From contig DAOVTG010000002.1 of the NCBI GenBank assembly GCA_030633185.1, forward strand, positions 1 to 42,236: a stretch of 42,236 nucleotides of DNA, written 5' to 3'. The notes beneath the pieces were generated by a model. The model did not search any database and was not told the DNA's origin. It saw only the letters and a program-made list of their open reading frames with translations. The position numbers and the translations under genes were made by a program. Position 1 is the stretch's first letter, and each line of letters begins with the position of its first letter. Positions 27,041 through 37,558 of the stretch are shown one piece after another. Origin of the DNA: Deltaproteobacteria bacterium. Its GTDB lineage: Bacteria; Desulfobacterota; Anaeroferrophillalia; Anaeroferrophillales; Tharpellaceae.

Positions 27041-28297
27041 ATGGACATTGAAAAAAAAGTTAGGGAACTGGCGGTTCAGGTCAAAACTGCAGCTCGGGTG
27101 TTGGCAGTGGCCCCGACTTTGGAAAAAGATAGAGCTTTGCGGGCGATGGCTGCCGGTTTGAGAGAACGAAGCGGTTTTTTGCAGCAACGTAACCGACTTG
27201 ACTTGGAAAAAGCTTGTGAAAACGGCTTAAGTGCAGCCCTGATCGATCGTCTGACTTTGAGTGATAAGGTGATTGAGGTGATGGCTTCAGGTCTTGACGA
27301 GGTGGCGGTGTTTCCCGATCCGGTGGGTGCGGTGGAGCGTATGTGGCGGCGTCCGAATCAGTTGCTGATCGGGAAGATGAGAATTCCTTTGGGGGTTGTC
27401 GGAATGATTTATGAGTCTCGGCCGAATGTCACCGCCGATGCCGCCGGGCTCTGTCTGAAGTCCGGCAACGGGGTTATTCTTAGAGGAGGATCTGAAGCTT
27501 TTCACTCAAATATGGCGGTGTTAGAGGTCTTGCACGAAGCCTTGGAAACCACTTCAATTCCGGCATCCGTGGTTCAGGTAGTACCTTTTACCGAGCGTCA
27601 GGCGATAAATTATCTGCTCCAGTGTGAAGAGGAGATTGATCTGATTATTCCGCGCGGCGGCGAGGGTTTGATTCGTTTTGTGGTTGAGCATTCCCGGATT
27701 CCGGTGATTAAGCATTACAAAGGGGTCTGTCATGTTTTTGTCGATGACGGGGCCGAGGTCGAGATGGCCCGAAAAATCGTTGTCAATGCCAAGACCCATC
27801 GGCCCGGAGTCTGTAATGCTGCTGAAACAATTTTAGTGCATCAGGAGATTGCGGCAAGCTTTTTACCTTTGATGGCGGCTGATTTGCAAGAAAAACAGGT
27901 CGAGATCAGGGGTTGTGACAAAACTTTGGCTCTGCTTCCCGATTTGCGGCCGGCGACCGATGAGGATTGGGCTGCCGAGTATCTTGATCTGGTGGTTGCC
28001 GTCAAGGTTGTCGATGATTTTGAGGCAGCCGTTGCCCATATCGCCCGGTACGGCTCCGACCATACGGAGACGATTGTTACCAGCGATTATCATCGATCTC
28101 AGGAATTTTTACGTCAAGTCAACTCATCGGTCGTCATGGTCAATGCCTCAACTCGTTTTTCCGATGGCGGGCAGATGGGGCTGGGGGCCGAGATCGGGAT
28201 CAGCACAACTAAACTCCATGCCTATGGCCCCATGGGGCTTGAAGGTTTAACCACGACTAAATATATTATTTATGGCGACGGTCAAATCAGAGAGTAG
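27041..28297 (+). CDS. proA: Gamma-glutamyl phosphate reductase
   Basis: Aldehyde dehydrogenase-type ProA with GVVGMIYESRPNVT, ILRGGSEA, CNAAETILVH. ATG 27041 (MDIEKKV) is preferred over the track GTG 27026. Confidence 0.92.
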   Translation: MDIEKKVRELAVQVKTAARVLAVAPTLEKDRALRAMAAGLRERSGFLQQRNRLDLEKACENGLSAALIDRLTLSDKVIEVMASGLDEVAVFPDPVGAVERMWRRPNQLLIGKMRIPLGVVGMIYESRPNVTADAAGLCLKSGNGVILRGGSEAFHSNMAVLEVLHEALETTSIPASVVQVVPFTERQAINYLLQCEEEIDLIIPRGGEGLIRFVVEHSRIPVIKHYKGVCHVFVDDGAEVEMARKIVVNAKTHRPGVCNAAETILVHQEIAASFLPLMAADLQEKQVEIRGCDKTLALLPDLRPATDEDWAAEYLDLVVAVKVVDDFEAAVAHIARYGSDHTETIVTSDYHRSQEFLRQVNSSVVMVNASTRFSDGGQMGLGAEIGISTTKLHAYGPMGLEGLTTTKYIIYGDGQIRE

Positions 28298-28943
28298 AAA
28301 AATCGGCATTTTCGGCGGTACCTTCAACCCGATTCACTATGGTCACCTGCGGGTTGCGGAGGAGGTGTGCCAGGCCTTTGCCCTGCAGAAGATCTATCTG
28401 GTGCCGTCAGCCCGGCCGCCGCATAAAGGTGAAACCGGGGTTGCGGCTGCGGAACATCGTCTGGCTATGGTGCGTCGAGCCCGACGTGGGAATTCCTTTT
28501 TCGGCAGCAGCTCTTATGAATGTCGCAAAGGGGGAACCTCATATTCAGTCGAGACCCTGGCTTATTTCGGAAAGCGATTTACCGGAGCCGAACTCTATTT
28601 TGTGATTGGTTGGGATGCCTGGTGCGAGATCGGAACCTGGTACTCCTTTCCCGAACTTTTCTCGTTGGCAAACTTCATTGTTATCTCCAGGCAGGGGATG
28701 GGGTCGGAGCCCGACGATTTTGCGGGGCCGTTTTTTCCATTTGCGCTTAAAGATGAATTTTGTTATGAAAGGGACGCTTGCTATCGGCACATTTCAGGGC
28801 ACACTCTTTATTTTATGGCAGTGACCCGGCTTGATATCTCTTCAAGCCAGGTTCGAAACGAAACGGCGGCGGGTCGTTCACTGCGTTATCTGGTGCCGGA
28901 TGGGGTGGCCAACTATATCTACCAAAACAGGTTATATATTTAA
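28272..28943 (+). CDS. nadD: Nicotinate-nucleotide adenylyltransferase
   Basis: IGIFGGTFNPIHYGHL (HxGH motif) and ISSSQVR near the C-terminus. Overlaps the proA end by 26 nt. Confidence 0.88.
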   Translation: MATVKSESRKIGIFGGTFNPIHYGHLRVAEEVCQAFALQKIYLVPSARPPHKGETGVAAAEHRLAMVRRARRGNSFFGSSSYECRKGGTSYSVETLAYFGKRFTGAELYFVIGWDAWCEIGTWYSFPELFSLANFIVISRQGMGSEPDDFAGPFFPFALKDEFCYERDACYRHISGHTLYFMAVTRLDISSSQVRNETAAGRSLRYLVPDGVANYIYQNRLYI

Positions 28944-29326
28944 TGAGTGAAAACCATGTCGGGGTTCTACAGGATAATGATAAGCTTTCCTTAATCAAGA
29001 GTCTGCTCGAAGAAAAAAAAGCTGAGGATCTGGTCATTCTTGATTTGCGGGGTATCTCTTCGGTGACCGACACCCTGGTGGTGGCCAGTGGTCACTCCGA
29101 TCGTCATGTGCAGGCGGTCAGTGAATCTCTGGCCCAGGAGATGAAAAAACGGGGTTATCAACCTTTGGGTGTTGAAGGTTTGAAAGACGGCCGCTGGGCC
29201 TTGCTCGATTATGGTGATGTTATTGTTCATATCTTCTATCAGGAGATCAGGCGTTATTATGATCTTGAAGGGGTTTGGCGCGATGCTCCGGTTATCCTTG
29301 ATGAACGTCAAGAGCTTGGGGCTTAA
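28943..29326 (+). CDS. rsfS: Ribosome silencing factor RsfS (iojap family)
   Basis: 127 aa. DLVILDLRGISSVTDTLVVASGHSDRHVQA...WALLDYGDVIVHIF...YYDLE. Its ATG overlaps the nadD stop (TAATG). Confidence 0.88.
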   Translation: MSENHVGVLQDNDKLSLIKSLLEEKKAEDLVILDLRGISSVTDTLVVASGHSDRHVQAVSESLAQEMKKRGYQPLGVEGLKDGRWALLDYGDVIVHIFYQEIRRYYDLEGVWRDAPVILDERQELGA

Positions 29327-29799
29327 TGCGTTTGCAGTTGCTCCTGGTCGGTAAGACCAAAAATGCGGCCTATCATCAGGAGATTGTCGAATATCATCGG
29401 CGTTTAAATCGCTATTTTACTTGTGATATAAAAGAGATTAAGGAGGAGAAGCCGGGTCGGCGTGAAACTCCGGTCGCCTTTTGTCGGCGTCAGGGGCCGA
29501 GGCTGCTTGGTGAGTTTAAGAAAACTCCGGGATTAAAGTTGCTTTTAGATGAGCGGGGACGTTCTCTGGGAAGTCGTGAATTTGCTCTCTTTTTGCAGCG
29601 TGCACTCCAGAGCGGTCACCAGAATCTGGTTTTTTTTTGCGGCGGCCCTTTTGGTTATGATCCTTCTTTGCGTGAGGCGGCTGATCATCTGATATCTCTG
29701 TCGCCGATGACTTTTCCCCATGAACTGGCCCGCCTGCTGCTCTTTGAACAGCTCTATCGGGCTATGACTATTATTAACAACGAGCCCTATCACTATTAA
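29326..29799 (+). CDS. rlmH: 23S rRNA (pseudouridine1915-N3)-methyltransferase RlmH
   Basis: 157 aa SPOUT protein. C-terminal LSLSPMTFPHELARLLLFEQLYRA, typical of RlmH. TAATG overlap with rsfS. Confidence 0.88.
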   Translation: MRLQLLLVGKTKNAAYHQEIVEYHRRLNRYFTCDIKEIKEEKPGRRETPVAFCRRQGPRLLGEFKKTPGLKLLLDERGRSLGSREFALFLQRALQSGHQNLVFFCGGPFGYDPSLREAADHLISLSPMTFPHELARLLLFEQLYRAMTIINNEPYHY

Positions 29800-29851
29800 C
29801 GGGGCCATCTAGTGATTTTTTATTAACCTTTTAATCGTAGGATTTAGAATT

Positions 29852-31174
29852 ATGATTTACCGTATCATACTTTTTGGTGGTTTGCTGGTGCTTTTAGGTG
29901 CGGCCTATCTGATCTATATGAATCCGACCGAAATCTCGGTTGTTCTGACTCAGGGGCTTAAGGTTGACGGTACCATGCCGTTTTTTCTGCTCCTGGCAAT
30001 TGTCGTGGGCGGTTTTGGCAGTGGAGTCTTTTTCTCTCTGTTGGCCTTAAAACGGCAGGTGGGTGATTTTTTCCGGAACCTGCGAGATAAAAGAATAAAA
30101 TTGGCTCAGCAGCTCTTGTTTGAAGGGGTTGAGGCCGGGTTCAAAGGTGATACCAAAAAAGCGGTAGCCAGCTTTCATAAGGTGGTTAAACTCGACAAAG
30201 AAAATATGGAAGCGATTTTGGCTCTGGCGCGTTTGCAGTTGCGTGAACGGCAACCCGATAAGGCTTTGAAAACACTGGATGCAGCCCTTGAACACAGTCC
30301 TGAGGATCCGCGTCTGCACTGGTATCGGATTCAGGCCTTGAAAGGACTTGATGATCCCTTGCGGATGACCAACCAGCTGCTCTTTATGAAATCCCGCTAC
30401 CCTCGTAACCGGGCTTTGATGACTATGCTTGTCGAACAGTTTGGCAGTCGCGGTTACTGGCGGGAAGCTCTGGAGGTTTGGCAGGATATCAGCAAAGGGG
30501 AGGCCAAAGGTTCTAAAGAGAAGAAAGATGCTATCAACGGCATTGCCAATTGTGCTTATGAGTTGGCGCGGCGGCAATGGCTGGCCGGTGACCGGGAAGC
30601 CGCTGCAGCCTCATTGAAAATTGTTTTCGATAATAATAAGGAACATATTGCGGCCTATCTGCTTAAAGCTGAAATGGAGGCTAAAACGGCCGATGCTTTA
30701 ACTCTTCTCAAGAGTGGTTTTCGGAAAAATCCGAGTGCCGTCTTTTTGCTTGAAGGGGAGCGTTTACAGGTTGAGGATGATCCTGAAAACAGTACCGATA
30801 AAATCCTGAAGTTTTATCGCAAGGTGCTTTCGCGAAATCCCGAGTATCGTCCAGCCCGCTGGCTTTATGCTCGTTTCTGTCTTGAACATCAGAAGTTTGA
30901 TGAAGCGGAAGTGGCGGCCAAAAGATTGCGGGAAAGTGGTTTTACCGGCCCCCTGCTTGAGATCTTAGCCGGTGAACTGGCATGTCGTAAAGAGCATCGA
31001 TTAGAGGTTGCGGTGGATCATTTCAAAAAGGCTTTAGGCTGTGATGAACGTCTTGAACCGGTTTTTGGCTGTGAGGTCTGCGGTCGTTTGGCACCGGATT
31101 GGAAATACCGTTGCCCGCATTGCGGCAGTTACAATAGTTATGATATTTCCGAAAGAATCTGTTCCTTTGAGTAG
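29852..31174 (+). CDS. LapB/YciM-like TPR protein with N-terminal TM helices and a C-terminal rubredoxin-type zinc finger
   Basis: 440 aa. Hydrophobic N-terminus, TPR-like repeats, and a C-terminal CEVCGRLAPDWKYRCPHCGSYNSY (CxxC..CxxC). Confidence 0.55.
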   Translation: MIYRIILFGGLLVLLGAAYLIYMNPTEISVVLTQGLKVDGTMPFFLLLAIVVGGFGSGVFFSLLALKRQVGDFFRNLRDKRIKLAQQLLFEGVEAGFKGDTKKAVASFHKVVKLDKENMEAILALARLQLRERQPDKALKTLDAALEHSPEDPRLHWYRIQALKGLDDPLRMTNQLLFMKSRYPRNRALMTMLVEQFGSRGYWREALEVWQDISKGEAKGSKEKKDAINGIANCAYELARRQWLAGDREAAAASLKIVFDNNKEHIAAYLLKAEMEAKTADALTLLKSGFRKNPSAVFLLEGERLQVEDDPENSTDKILKFYRKVLSRNPEYRPARWLYARFCLEHQKFDEAEVAAKRLRESGFTGPLLEILAGELACRKEHRLEVAVDHFKKALGCDERLEPVFGCEVCGRLAPDWKYRCPHCGSYNSYDISERICSFE

Positions 31175-31178
31175 GAGT

Positions 31179-32726
31179 TTGAAAAAGCGATCTGCGGCTC
31201 TGATTATCCTTGATGGTTGGGGGCTGGCTGATGTGGGTCCCGGCAATGCGATAGCTATGGCCCGAACCCCGGTTTTTGACAAGCTGCTTAAAGAATGTCC
31301 CTGGACGACTTTGGGGGCCAGTGCTCTTGATGTCGGTCTGCCGGCCGGTCAGATGGGTAACTCCGAGGTCGGTCACACCAATATCGGGGCTGGTCGCATT
31401 GTTTATCAGGATTTGACCCGGATCAGCCGGGCGATTGAGGATGGTTCGCTGGCTGAAAATGAAGCTTTGAAAAAAGCTTTTCTGGCCGCAGCCGGAAAAG
31501 GGCAGGCTTTACACCTGCTGGGCCTCTTGTCGGATGGTGGAGTGCATAGTCATCAGGATCATCTGGAGGCTCTTTTACGGTTGGCGGCACAGCATGGTCT
31601 TAAGCGAGTTTTTGTCCACGCCTTTCTCGATGGTCGGGATACTCCGCCGGCCTGCGGCATTACTTATGTGCGTCGTTTGCAAGCCTTTCTGGATGAGCTT
31701 GGTTGCGGCCGGATCGCCACCCTTGGCGGCCGTTTTTACGGAATGGATCGCGACCAGCGCTGGGAGCGGGTAGAGCGCCACTGGCGAACCCTGGTTCTTG
31801 GTGAGGGGGCACGGGTTCCCGAGGCTTCAGTTGCGCTTGAAAAGTCCTATGCGGCTCAAATCTACGATGAGTTTGTCGAACCCCTGATTATCACCAAAGA
31901 TAATGAAGAACTGCCCCTGATCAGGAGTGGTGACGGCATTATCTTTTTTAATTTTCGCAGTGATCGAGCCCGTGAAATCACCATGGCCCTGAACCAGGAT
32001 GATTTCAGCGGTTTTGAGCGGCCCTGTTTTCCCAAACCGGGTGCTTATGTCTGTATCTCCGAATATGATGCTAATTTTGATTTGCCGGTTGCCTTCCCCA
32101 CCCAAACCCTGCTCGATGGTTTAGGGCAGGTGATGGCCGATCGGGGCTTAAGCCAGTTACGGATTGCGGAGACCGAAAAGTACGCTCATGTTACCTTTTT
32201 TTTCAACGGCGGTCGTGAAGAGCCCTTCCCCGGAGAGGAGCGTTGTTTGGTTCCTTCCCCACGCGAGGTGAAAACCTATGATCTTAAACCTGAGATGAGT
32301 GCTGCTACCGTAGCTCAAGAGTTGATCTCGCGACTCAACAAAACCTCCTATGATCTTATTGTGTTGAACTTTGCCAATTGTGATATGGTTGGTCATACCG
32401 GAGTTCTGCGGTCAACCGTCAAAGCTTGCGAAACGGTTGACCGCTGTTTGGGACTGATTCTTGAAAAATTCAAAGAGCAAGGGATTTTTGCCTTGATCAC
32501 CGCAGATCATGGTAATGCTGAATTCCTGCTAGATGCTGAGGGAGAGACGGTTACGGCCCACTCAACCAATCCTGTGCCTTTGGTTCTTTTCGATCCAGAC
32601 GCTTGTGCTTACGGTCTTCGTAAAGGAGGAGTGCTGGCCGATATTGCTCCAACTCTGCTGCAGCTTTTAGGTATTGAAAAGCCGACGGCAATGACCGGCA
32701 GCAGTTTGTTGGTTGTCGATAACTAA
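31179..32726 (+). CDS. gpmI: 2,3-bisphosphoglycerate-independent phosphoglycerate mutase
   Basis: LIILDGWG...GNSEVGHTNIGAGR...SDGGVHSH...ADHGNAE. The track start 31041 lies inside the upstream gene. Likely starts are TTG 31179 (MKKRSAALIILDGWG) or TTG 31167; which one is used is uncertain. Confidence 0.9.
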   Translation: MKKRSAALIILDGWGLADVGPGNAIAMARTPVFDKLLKECPWTTLGASALDVGLPAGQMGNSEVGHTNIGAGRIVYQDLTRISRAIEDGSLAENEALKKAFLAAAGKGQALHLLGLLSDGGVHSHQDHLEALLRLAAQHGLKRVFVHAFLDGRDTPPACGITYVRRLQAFLDELGCGRIATLGGRFYGMDRDQRWERVERHWRTLVLGEGARVPEASVALEKSYAAQIYDEFVEPLIITKDNEELPLIRSGDGIIFFNFRSDRAREITMALNQDDFSGFERPCFPKPGAYVCISEYDANFDLPVAFPTQTLLDGLGQVMADRGLSQLRIAETEKYAHVTFFFNGGREEPFPGEERCLVPSPREVKTYDLKPEMSAATVAQELISRLNKTSYDLIVLNFANCDMVGHTGVLRSTVKACETVDRCLGLILEKFKEQGIFALITADHGNAEFLLDAEGETVTAHSTNPVPLVLFDPDACAYGLRKGGVLADIAPTLLQLLGIEKPTAMTGSSLLVVDN

Positions 32727-33432
32727 TTTTGTGTTTTCCTTTTCTACAGCCCTTCTTGATATCCTATTCCCGCGTCGATGTCTGGTTTGTTCCGTTTTTC
32801 TCTCCCATCCCTTAAGTTTTACAACCAATAATCAACCTCTTGAAAAATATCTTTGTGTTTCCTGTCGGCAGCTTCTACAGGCTTCTGAATCAAGTAGTGA
32901 TGCGATCCGGTTGGTTGGTGTCGAGAGGGTTTTCTCCGGTTATCTCTATTCGGGTCTTTTTGAAAAAATCATTCCGGCCTGGAAATATCATAGTCGGCAC
33001 GAATTTTTTCCGCTGGTCAAGGTTTTGTTGGATTTGGCATTGTCCCGCCGGGAAATTTCAGGGCCGGCTACCGATTTGGTTATAGCGATACCTCTGTCCA
33101 GGTCGGCCTTTCGTAAGCGAGGGTTCAACCAGGCCTTCTTCATCGCCTCGTACTGCGCTGCATTTTTCAAACAGCCTCTGGGTCGTACCCTCCTTATCAA
33201 AAGTATCGATACCCCGCAACAGGCATCTTTGAATCGTCGGGCTCGGGCCTTCAACCTGGGGCTGGATACTTTTCAGGTTCCGGAGCCCCAAAAGATAGCC
33301 GGCAGAAATATTTTGTTGTGTGATGATGTTCTGACCACCGGGGCGACCTTGAGTACCGCCGCCGGCGCTCTTAAAAATGCGGGTGCGGCCTCAGTCACGG
33401 CCCTGACACTGGCTCGAGTACATCAAACTTGA
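32713..33432 (+). CDS. comF: ComF-family protein (phosphoribosyltransferase domain)
   Basis: N-terminal Cys pairs (CLVCS...CVSC) and the C-terminal PRTase motif ILLCDDVLTTGATL. The start is either TTG 32713 or GTG 32731. Confidence 0.8.
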   Translation: MSITNFVFSFSTALLDILFPRRCLVCSVFLSHPLSFTTNNQPLEKYLCVSCRQLLQASESSSDAIRLVGVERVFSGYLYSGLFEKIIPAWKYHSRHEFFPLVKVLLDLALSRREISGPATDLVIAIPLSRSAFRKRGFNQAFFIASYCAAFFKQPLGRTLLIKSIDTPQQASLNRRARAFNLGLDTFQVPEPQKIAGRNILLCDDVLTTGATLSTAAGALKNAGAASVTALTLARVHQT

Positions 33433-33530
33433 TTCTTAGTGACTTTTAACTTCAAAAAGATGCTGGTCAGTGGTAGTACATTGGAATAGTTACAAAAGAT
33501 AGGTTTTGCCGTGGGAGGCGGGATTGTTTT

Positions 33531-36500
33531 ATGCGTAATTGGGGCTGGCGCTTTATTTCCAAAATCGGGGCTTTGGCTCTGTTGGGCTTTTTTTTATTGC
33601 TCATCAGTCTGCCGAATCTGATTGATCTGGAAAATTTCCGGCCGCAGTTGGTTGAATATCTGCAATCAAGGATCTCGGGGGAGGTCGCAGTCGGCAAGTT
33701 GAAATTGACTTTTCAGCATGGTCCGGGGGTTCGTGTTGACGGCATACGACTGCTTGATAAATCCGGAGAGCAGCAAATTTCAGTGGCAACGGCGATTGTT
33801 AATTTTGATTTGCGTCGTTTATTTCAGTGCCGTCTTCATCTGTGTCGGGTGACTCTGGTTCAACCCCGGGTTATAGTGCAGGTTGATGCAGTCAGGTCGC
33901 CAATCTCCGGTTTTTTGCGTTCCAGGATAATTACAAATCCTGAGACCAAGGCTGAAGCCGCTAAAGATCTCCCGGATCGATTTACGGATCCTCAAAATAG
34001 AGAGGTTAGACAAAAAGAATCCGTTGGTTTTTTAAAGGCCTGGCGTTTTGATGCCAATGTCAGTCAAGCTCTGGTCGAGATAATTGACGGATCGGTGGTT
34101 TATACTGATCGCTGTTTCGTGACCTCACCGGTCATTACTCATCTGGAAAATCTTAATGTATTCCTGAAATGGCGCAAGTCCGGGGCTCCGGCTGAATTTA
34201 CCCTGGCGGCTCGGGTCGTTGATGAAAAAGGTGATGGCTCTTTGAAAATTGAGGGGAGTTTGTCGGCTTTGCAGTGGCCGCTCAGGCCTGGTGAGATGTT
34301 TCTTGATTGTCAGGTTGATGCCGAGAATCTGAACGGGGGAAACTATTTTCCCTACTATCAGAAATATGTGCCGATGCGATTTATCGGAGGCCGGGTCGAT
34401 ATTGATTCGACTTATAAGGGTACTCTGATGGGGTTGTTCAGATCGTATGGCCGTATCGAGCTGCATCAGGCCGAACTTGACTACCAGCAGGTTTTTAGTC
34501 AGAAGCTGAAATTCAAGAGTTTTTCGGCTGAGTATGATTTTCGCCTGGCTGATAGTTATAATACGATTGAGACGTTAAAGTGTGCGATTGATGCCGATGG
34601 TTTAAAACTTAAAGGGCACTGTTTGCAGTATGAAGCCCGGCGCGGTATCGATGGTACGATTGAGGCCGGAGTTGAAAGCTCTGAATTCGATCCATGGGCG
34701 ATTTCCCATCTCCTGCCCTGGAAGATTATGCCTGAAAAAATGAGGAGTTACTATCAATCCCTGCAAAAAGGGGGGCGCTGCGTTGTTGATAAGAGCTATC
34801 TCAAAGGAGATTACCGGAAGATTGTCAAGTTGGCCGATGAAAATCCTCCGCCGGGGATTGTTGGTGGCCTGATCAAAGGAAAAAATCTGGTTTTCAATAT
34901 TTTTGATAATGTGCCGCCTCTGGCGGTCGGGGCCGGGACTGTAACCCTTAATAGTGACTCCCTCAAGATCACCGATCTAGATTTTGCCTGGGGTGGTCTT
35001 TCAGGGGCGGCGGTGAGTCTCTCTTTGTTAAAGCTCTACCACGATCCGCAAATCGAGGTTGCCGGACATCTTGATCTTGATCTTGAACGCTTGCAATTAT
35101 CCCTGGAGAGATTTTTTCAAAATAGTTCTGAATCTCCTCTCAGTGAGCCCCTGCCAGTGATTTTTTCGGGTGGCTCACTGCTCGGAGATCTGGCTTTACA
35201 GGGTCCTCTTTTACGGCTTTCCGAAATTACCTGGGGCGGGATTTTCAAGGGTCGTGAACTCGCCCTCGAGTTTCCCGGGCAACCTTTGGCGATTACTCAA
35301 GGAGAGGGTTCATTCGTCTTGGCTAATGACCGGTTTATGATAGAAAATGCGACTTGTAATTTGGCTTCTCTGCCCTTAACTCTACAAGGTTTTCTGCCCG
35401 GACCGGCCGTCTGGTGCGATGCCGATGAGGATCGGGATTTAGCGTTTGAGCTTGCCGTTCGCGGTCGGGAATTTGCTCCCGAACATCTTGACCTTTTGTT
35501 GGGGGAGCAGTTTTTCGTCGGCGGGGTAAGGCTCGGGCCATCGCCGGTAGAGCTCCATCTAAGCGGTGATCTAAAATGTTTTTCCGACCTGCAGCTAGAG
35601 GGCGCCCTGCATCTGGACTGGGGTGAGGTTGAACTGCCTTTTATGGATCGACCTTTTGCGAGGCTTAATTGTCTGGCTGATTTTGATCGGGAGAGTCTGG
35701 ATTTTAAACGCCTGTTTCTTAGACGGGGTGATTCCGATCTTACTTTCAAGGGCTGCTTGACCAAGGATGAAGAGGGGTTGGGTTATACACTGGACGGAGA
35801 GGTTGCCGGCACCCGTCTTCTGATTGATGATCTCCTGCCTTTGACAAAAACGGTTCCTGGTAAAAAAAATGTTACCGAACTGGCGCCCCAGGCGGCATCG
35901 GCTGGCGGCGAATTTGCTAAGGAGTCGGAAACTCCGGAGTCTCCAGCTCTAAAAGTTAAGCTTGAAGGTGTCTTTAAAGAGTTGCTGTTGCCGGCCGGTA
36001 GTGAGGTCGAGGGTTCTCCTGCCCGGAGAGCTTCCTGGCACTTTCTCAATGATTTCAGATTCTCTTTTTTAAGTGATTCGGAAGCCTTGGTCAAGATTGA
36101 GGAGTGTCGCTGGCGTTGGGGTGAGCAGAGATCACAAATCAGCATTTTGGGCCAGTTACAATTTCTTGAAGGGTTGCATGGTGAACTTGAAATTGAGGTT
36201 CAAGACCTTGATCTTGACGCTCTGTTTAATCACCGGGAATCGGCGCTTGGAAATGAAGTCGAAGATGAGGAGACCCAATCCGGCGGGCATCAAGGTGACA
36301 GGGTTAAAGCGGTTCTGCTTGATGAACTGGTTGAGGTGGTTAAAGAAGATTGGGTTGATGATCTGTTATCTAAGAAAAAAATATTGGCTCGCAACCATTT
36401 GCATGTCAGTGTTCGAGCCCAACGCCTGGGTTGGCAACATATGACACTTGATGAAATTGAGTGTGACTGTTTACTTGATGTTTCAGGAATCAATCTCAAA

Positions 36501-37286
36501 AGAATTGTTGCTCGCAGTTTCGGGGGAGAGCTTGAGGCCTCGGCTCAATGGCGTTATGCGGATGATTTTTTTGTGGTTGGATTCGAATTGAGTGAGATCA
36601 ATTTTGAAACCTTCAATGATTACCTGAAAAATCCCGATCGAGGTCTGCCAATGCGGGGCGGTCGCGGTTCTTTAACTCTCGATCTTGACTGGCAGGGAAG
36701 ATCCTTGAAAAGTTGGAAAGAGAGTCTGGATGGTCAACTCGATTTTGATTTTCATGAGGGTCGCATGAAAAAATTTACCCTGGTGGCCAATATCTGTTCC
36801 CTGCTTAATCTATCCCAGTATGCGGCTCTACGGCTGCCTAAAATAAGCGTTGATAAAGGGGTTCCCTACCAGACGCTTTCGGGTCAAGGGACAATTGTCA
36901 ACGGGGTTCTGGAGGTCGAAGAATTTGCCTTGCGGGGATCCTCTTTCAATCTTTTGAGCAGCGGTTTGATCTCTCTGGTCGATGATCGGGTTGATCTTGA
37001 GATCGGGATCCAGCCGTTACAGACGGTTGATAAACTGCTTGCCAGGATTCCGGTGGTCGGCTATATCATGACCGGCGACCAAAAGACCTTTGTCGTAATC
37101 CCGATGACGGTCCGGGGGCCCTTCGATGACATCAAGATTAAGACGCAGACGGTTTCCGGATTGGGTAAGAAAGCCGGAGGTATGATCCAGAGGTTTTTTA
37201 AGACTCCGATAAGATTGTTGCGGATGCCGGGGAAATTGATAGATAAGATAGGGGCCGGAGATACCCCTGAAACAGATGAAAAATAG
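33531..37286 (+). CDS. AsmA-family / YhdP-TamB-like giant envelope protein
   Basis: 1251 aa. A single N-terminal TM anchor (ALALLGFFLLLISLP) followed by long beta-rich sequence. The N-terminal DLENFRPQLVEYLQSRISGEVAVGKLKL and the C-terminal AsmA-like region (VVGYIMTGDQKTFVVIPMTVRGPFDDIKI) match the family. Confidence 0.7.
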   Translation: MRNWGWRFISKIGALALLGFFLLLISLPNLIDLENFRPQLVEYLQSRISGEVAVGKLKLTFQHGPGVRVDGIRLLDKSGEQQISVATAIVNFDLRRLFQCRLHLCRVTLVQPRVIVQVDAVRSPISGFLRSRIITNPETKAEAAKDLPDRFTDPQNREVRQKESVGFLKAWRFDANVSQALVEIIDGSVVYTDRCFVTSPVITHLENLNVFLKWRKSGAPAEFTLAARVVDEKGDGSLKIEGSLSALQWPLRPGEMFLDCQVDAENLNGGNYFPYYQKYVPMRFIGGRVDIDSTYKGTLMGLFRSYGRIELHQAELDYQQVFSQKLKFKSFSAEYDFRLADSYNTIETLKCAIDADGLKLKGHCLQYEARRGIDGTIEAGVESSEFDPWAISHLLPWKIMPEKMRSYYQSLQKGGRCVVDKSYLKGDYRKIVKLADENPPPGIVGGLIKGKNLVFNIFDNVPPLAVGAGTVTLNSDSLKITDLDFAWGGLSGAAVSLSLLKLYHDPQIEVAGHLDLDLERLQLSLERFFQNSSESPLSEPLPVIFSGGSLLGDLALQGPLLRLSEITWGGIFKGRELALEFPGQPLAITQGEGSFVLANDRFMIENATCNLASLPLTLQGFLPGPAVWCDADEDRDLAFELAVRGREFAPEHLDLLLGEQFFVGGVRLGPSPVELHLSGDLKCFSDLQLEGALHLDWGEVELPFMDRPFARLNCLADFDRESLDFKRLFLRRGDSDLTFKGCLTKDEEGLGYTLDGEVAGTRLLIDDLLPLTKTVPGKKNVTELAPQAASAGGEFAKESETPESPALKVKLEGVFKELLLPAGSEVEGSPARRASWHFLNDFRFSFLSDSEALVKIEECRWRWGEQRSQISILGQLQFLEGLHGELEIEVQDLDLDALFNHRESALGNEVEDEETQSGGHQGDRVKAVLLDELVEVVKEDWVDDLLSKKKILARNHLHVSVRAQRLGWQHMTLDEIECDCLLDVSGINLKRIVARSFGGELEASAQWRYADDFFVVGFELSEINFETFNDYLKNPDRGLPMRGGRGSLTLDLDWQGRSLKSWKESLDGQLDFDFHEGRMKKFTLVANICSLLNLSQYAALRLPKISVDKGVPYQTLSGQGTIVNGVLEVEEFALRGSSFNLLSSGLISLVDDRVDLEIGIQPLQTVDKLLARIPVVGYIMTGDQKTFVVIPMTVRGPFDDIKIKTQTVSGLGKKAGGMIQRFFKTPIRLLRMPGKLIDKIGAGDTPETDEK

Positions 37287-37295
37287 GTTGATTAA

Positions 37296-37556
37296 GTGTT
37301 TAGATTCTTATTGTGGATAGGCTTGGGTTATCTTTTTTTTCGCCTTTTTAGAAGACGACCGGCAGTTGATAATCAGGCTGGTGACGCCCGGTCGGCCGGT
37401 GCAAAAAGAGCCTCACCGGCCTCAGGGCATGGTGAAAAGATGGTTAAATGTGCAGTGTGCGGCCTTTATGTTCCGGAAAATGAAGCTCTTGCCGGAGGTT
37501 GGCGCGATTCTGGGCGTTATTACTGCAGCTCTGAGTGCCAGCAACGAGGGGTTTGA
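37296..37556 (+). CDS. PP0621-family small membrane protein with a C-terminal Cys-rich (zinc-ribbon-like) tail
   Basis: 86 aa, GTG start. N-terminal TM FRFLLWIGLGYLFFRLFRRR and C-terminal MVKCAVCGLYVPENEA...YYCSSEC. Confidence 0.6.
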   Translation: MFRFLLWIGLGYLFFRLFRRRPAVDNQAGDARSAGAKRASPASGHGEKMVKCAVCGLYVPENEALAGGWRDSGRYYCSSECQQRGV

Positions 37557-37558
37557 TC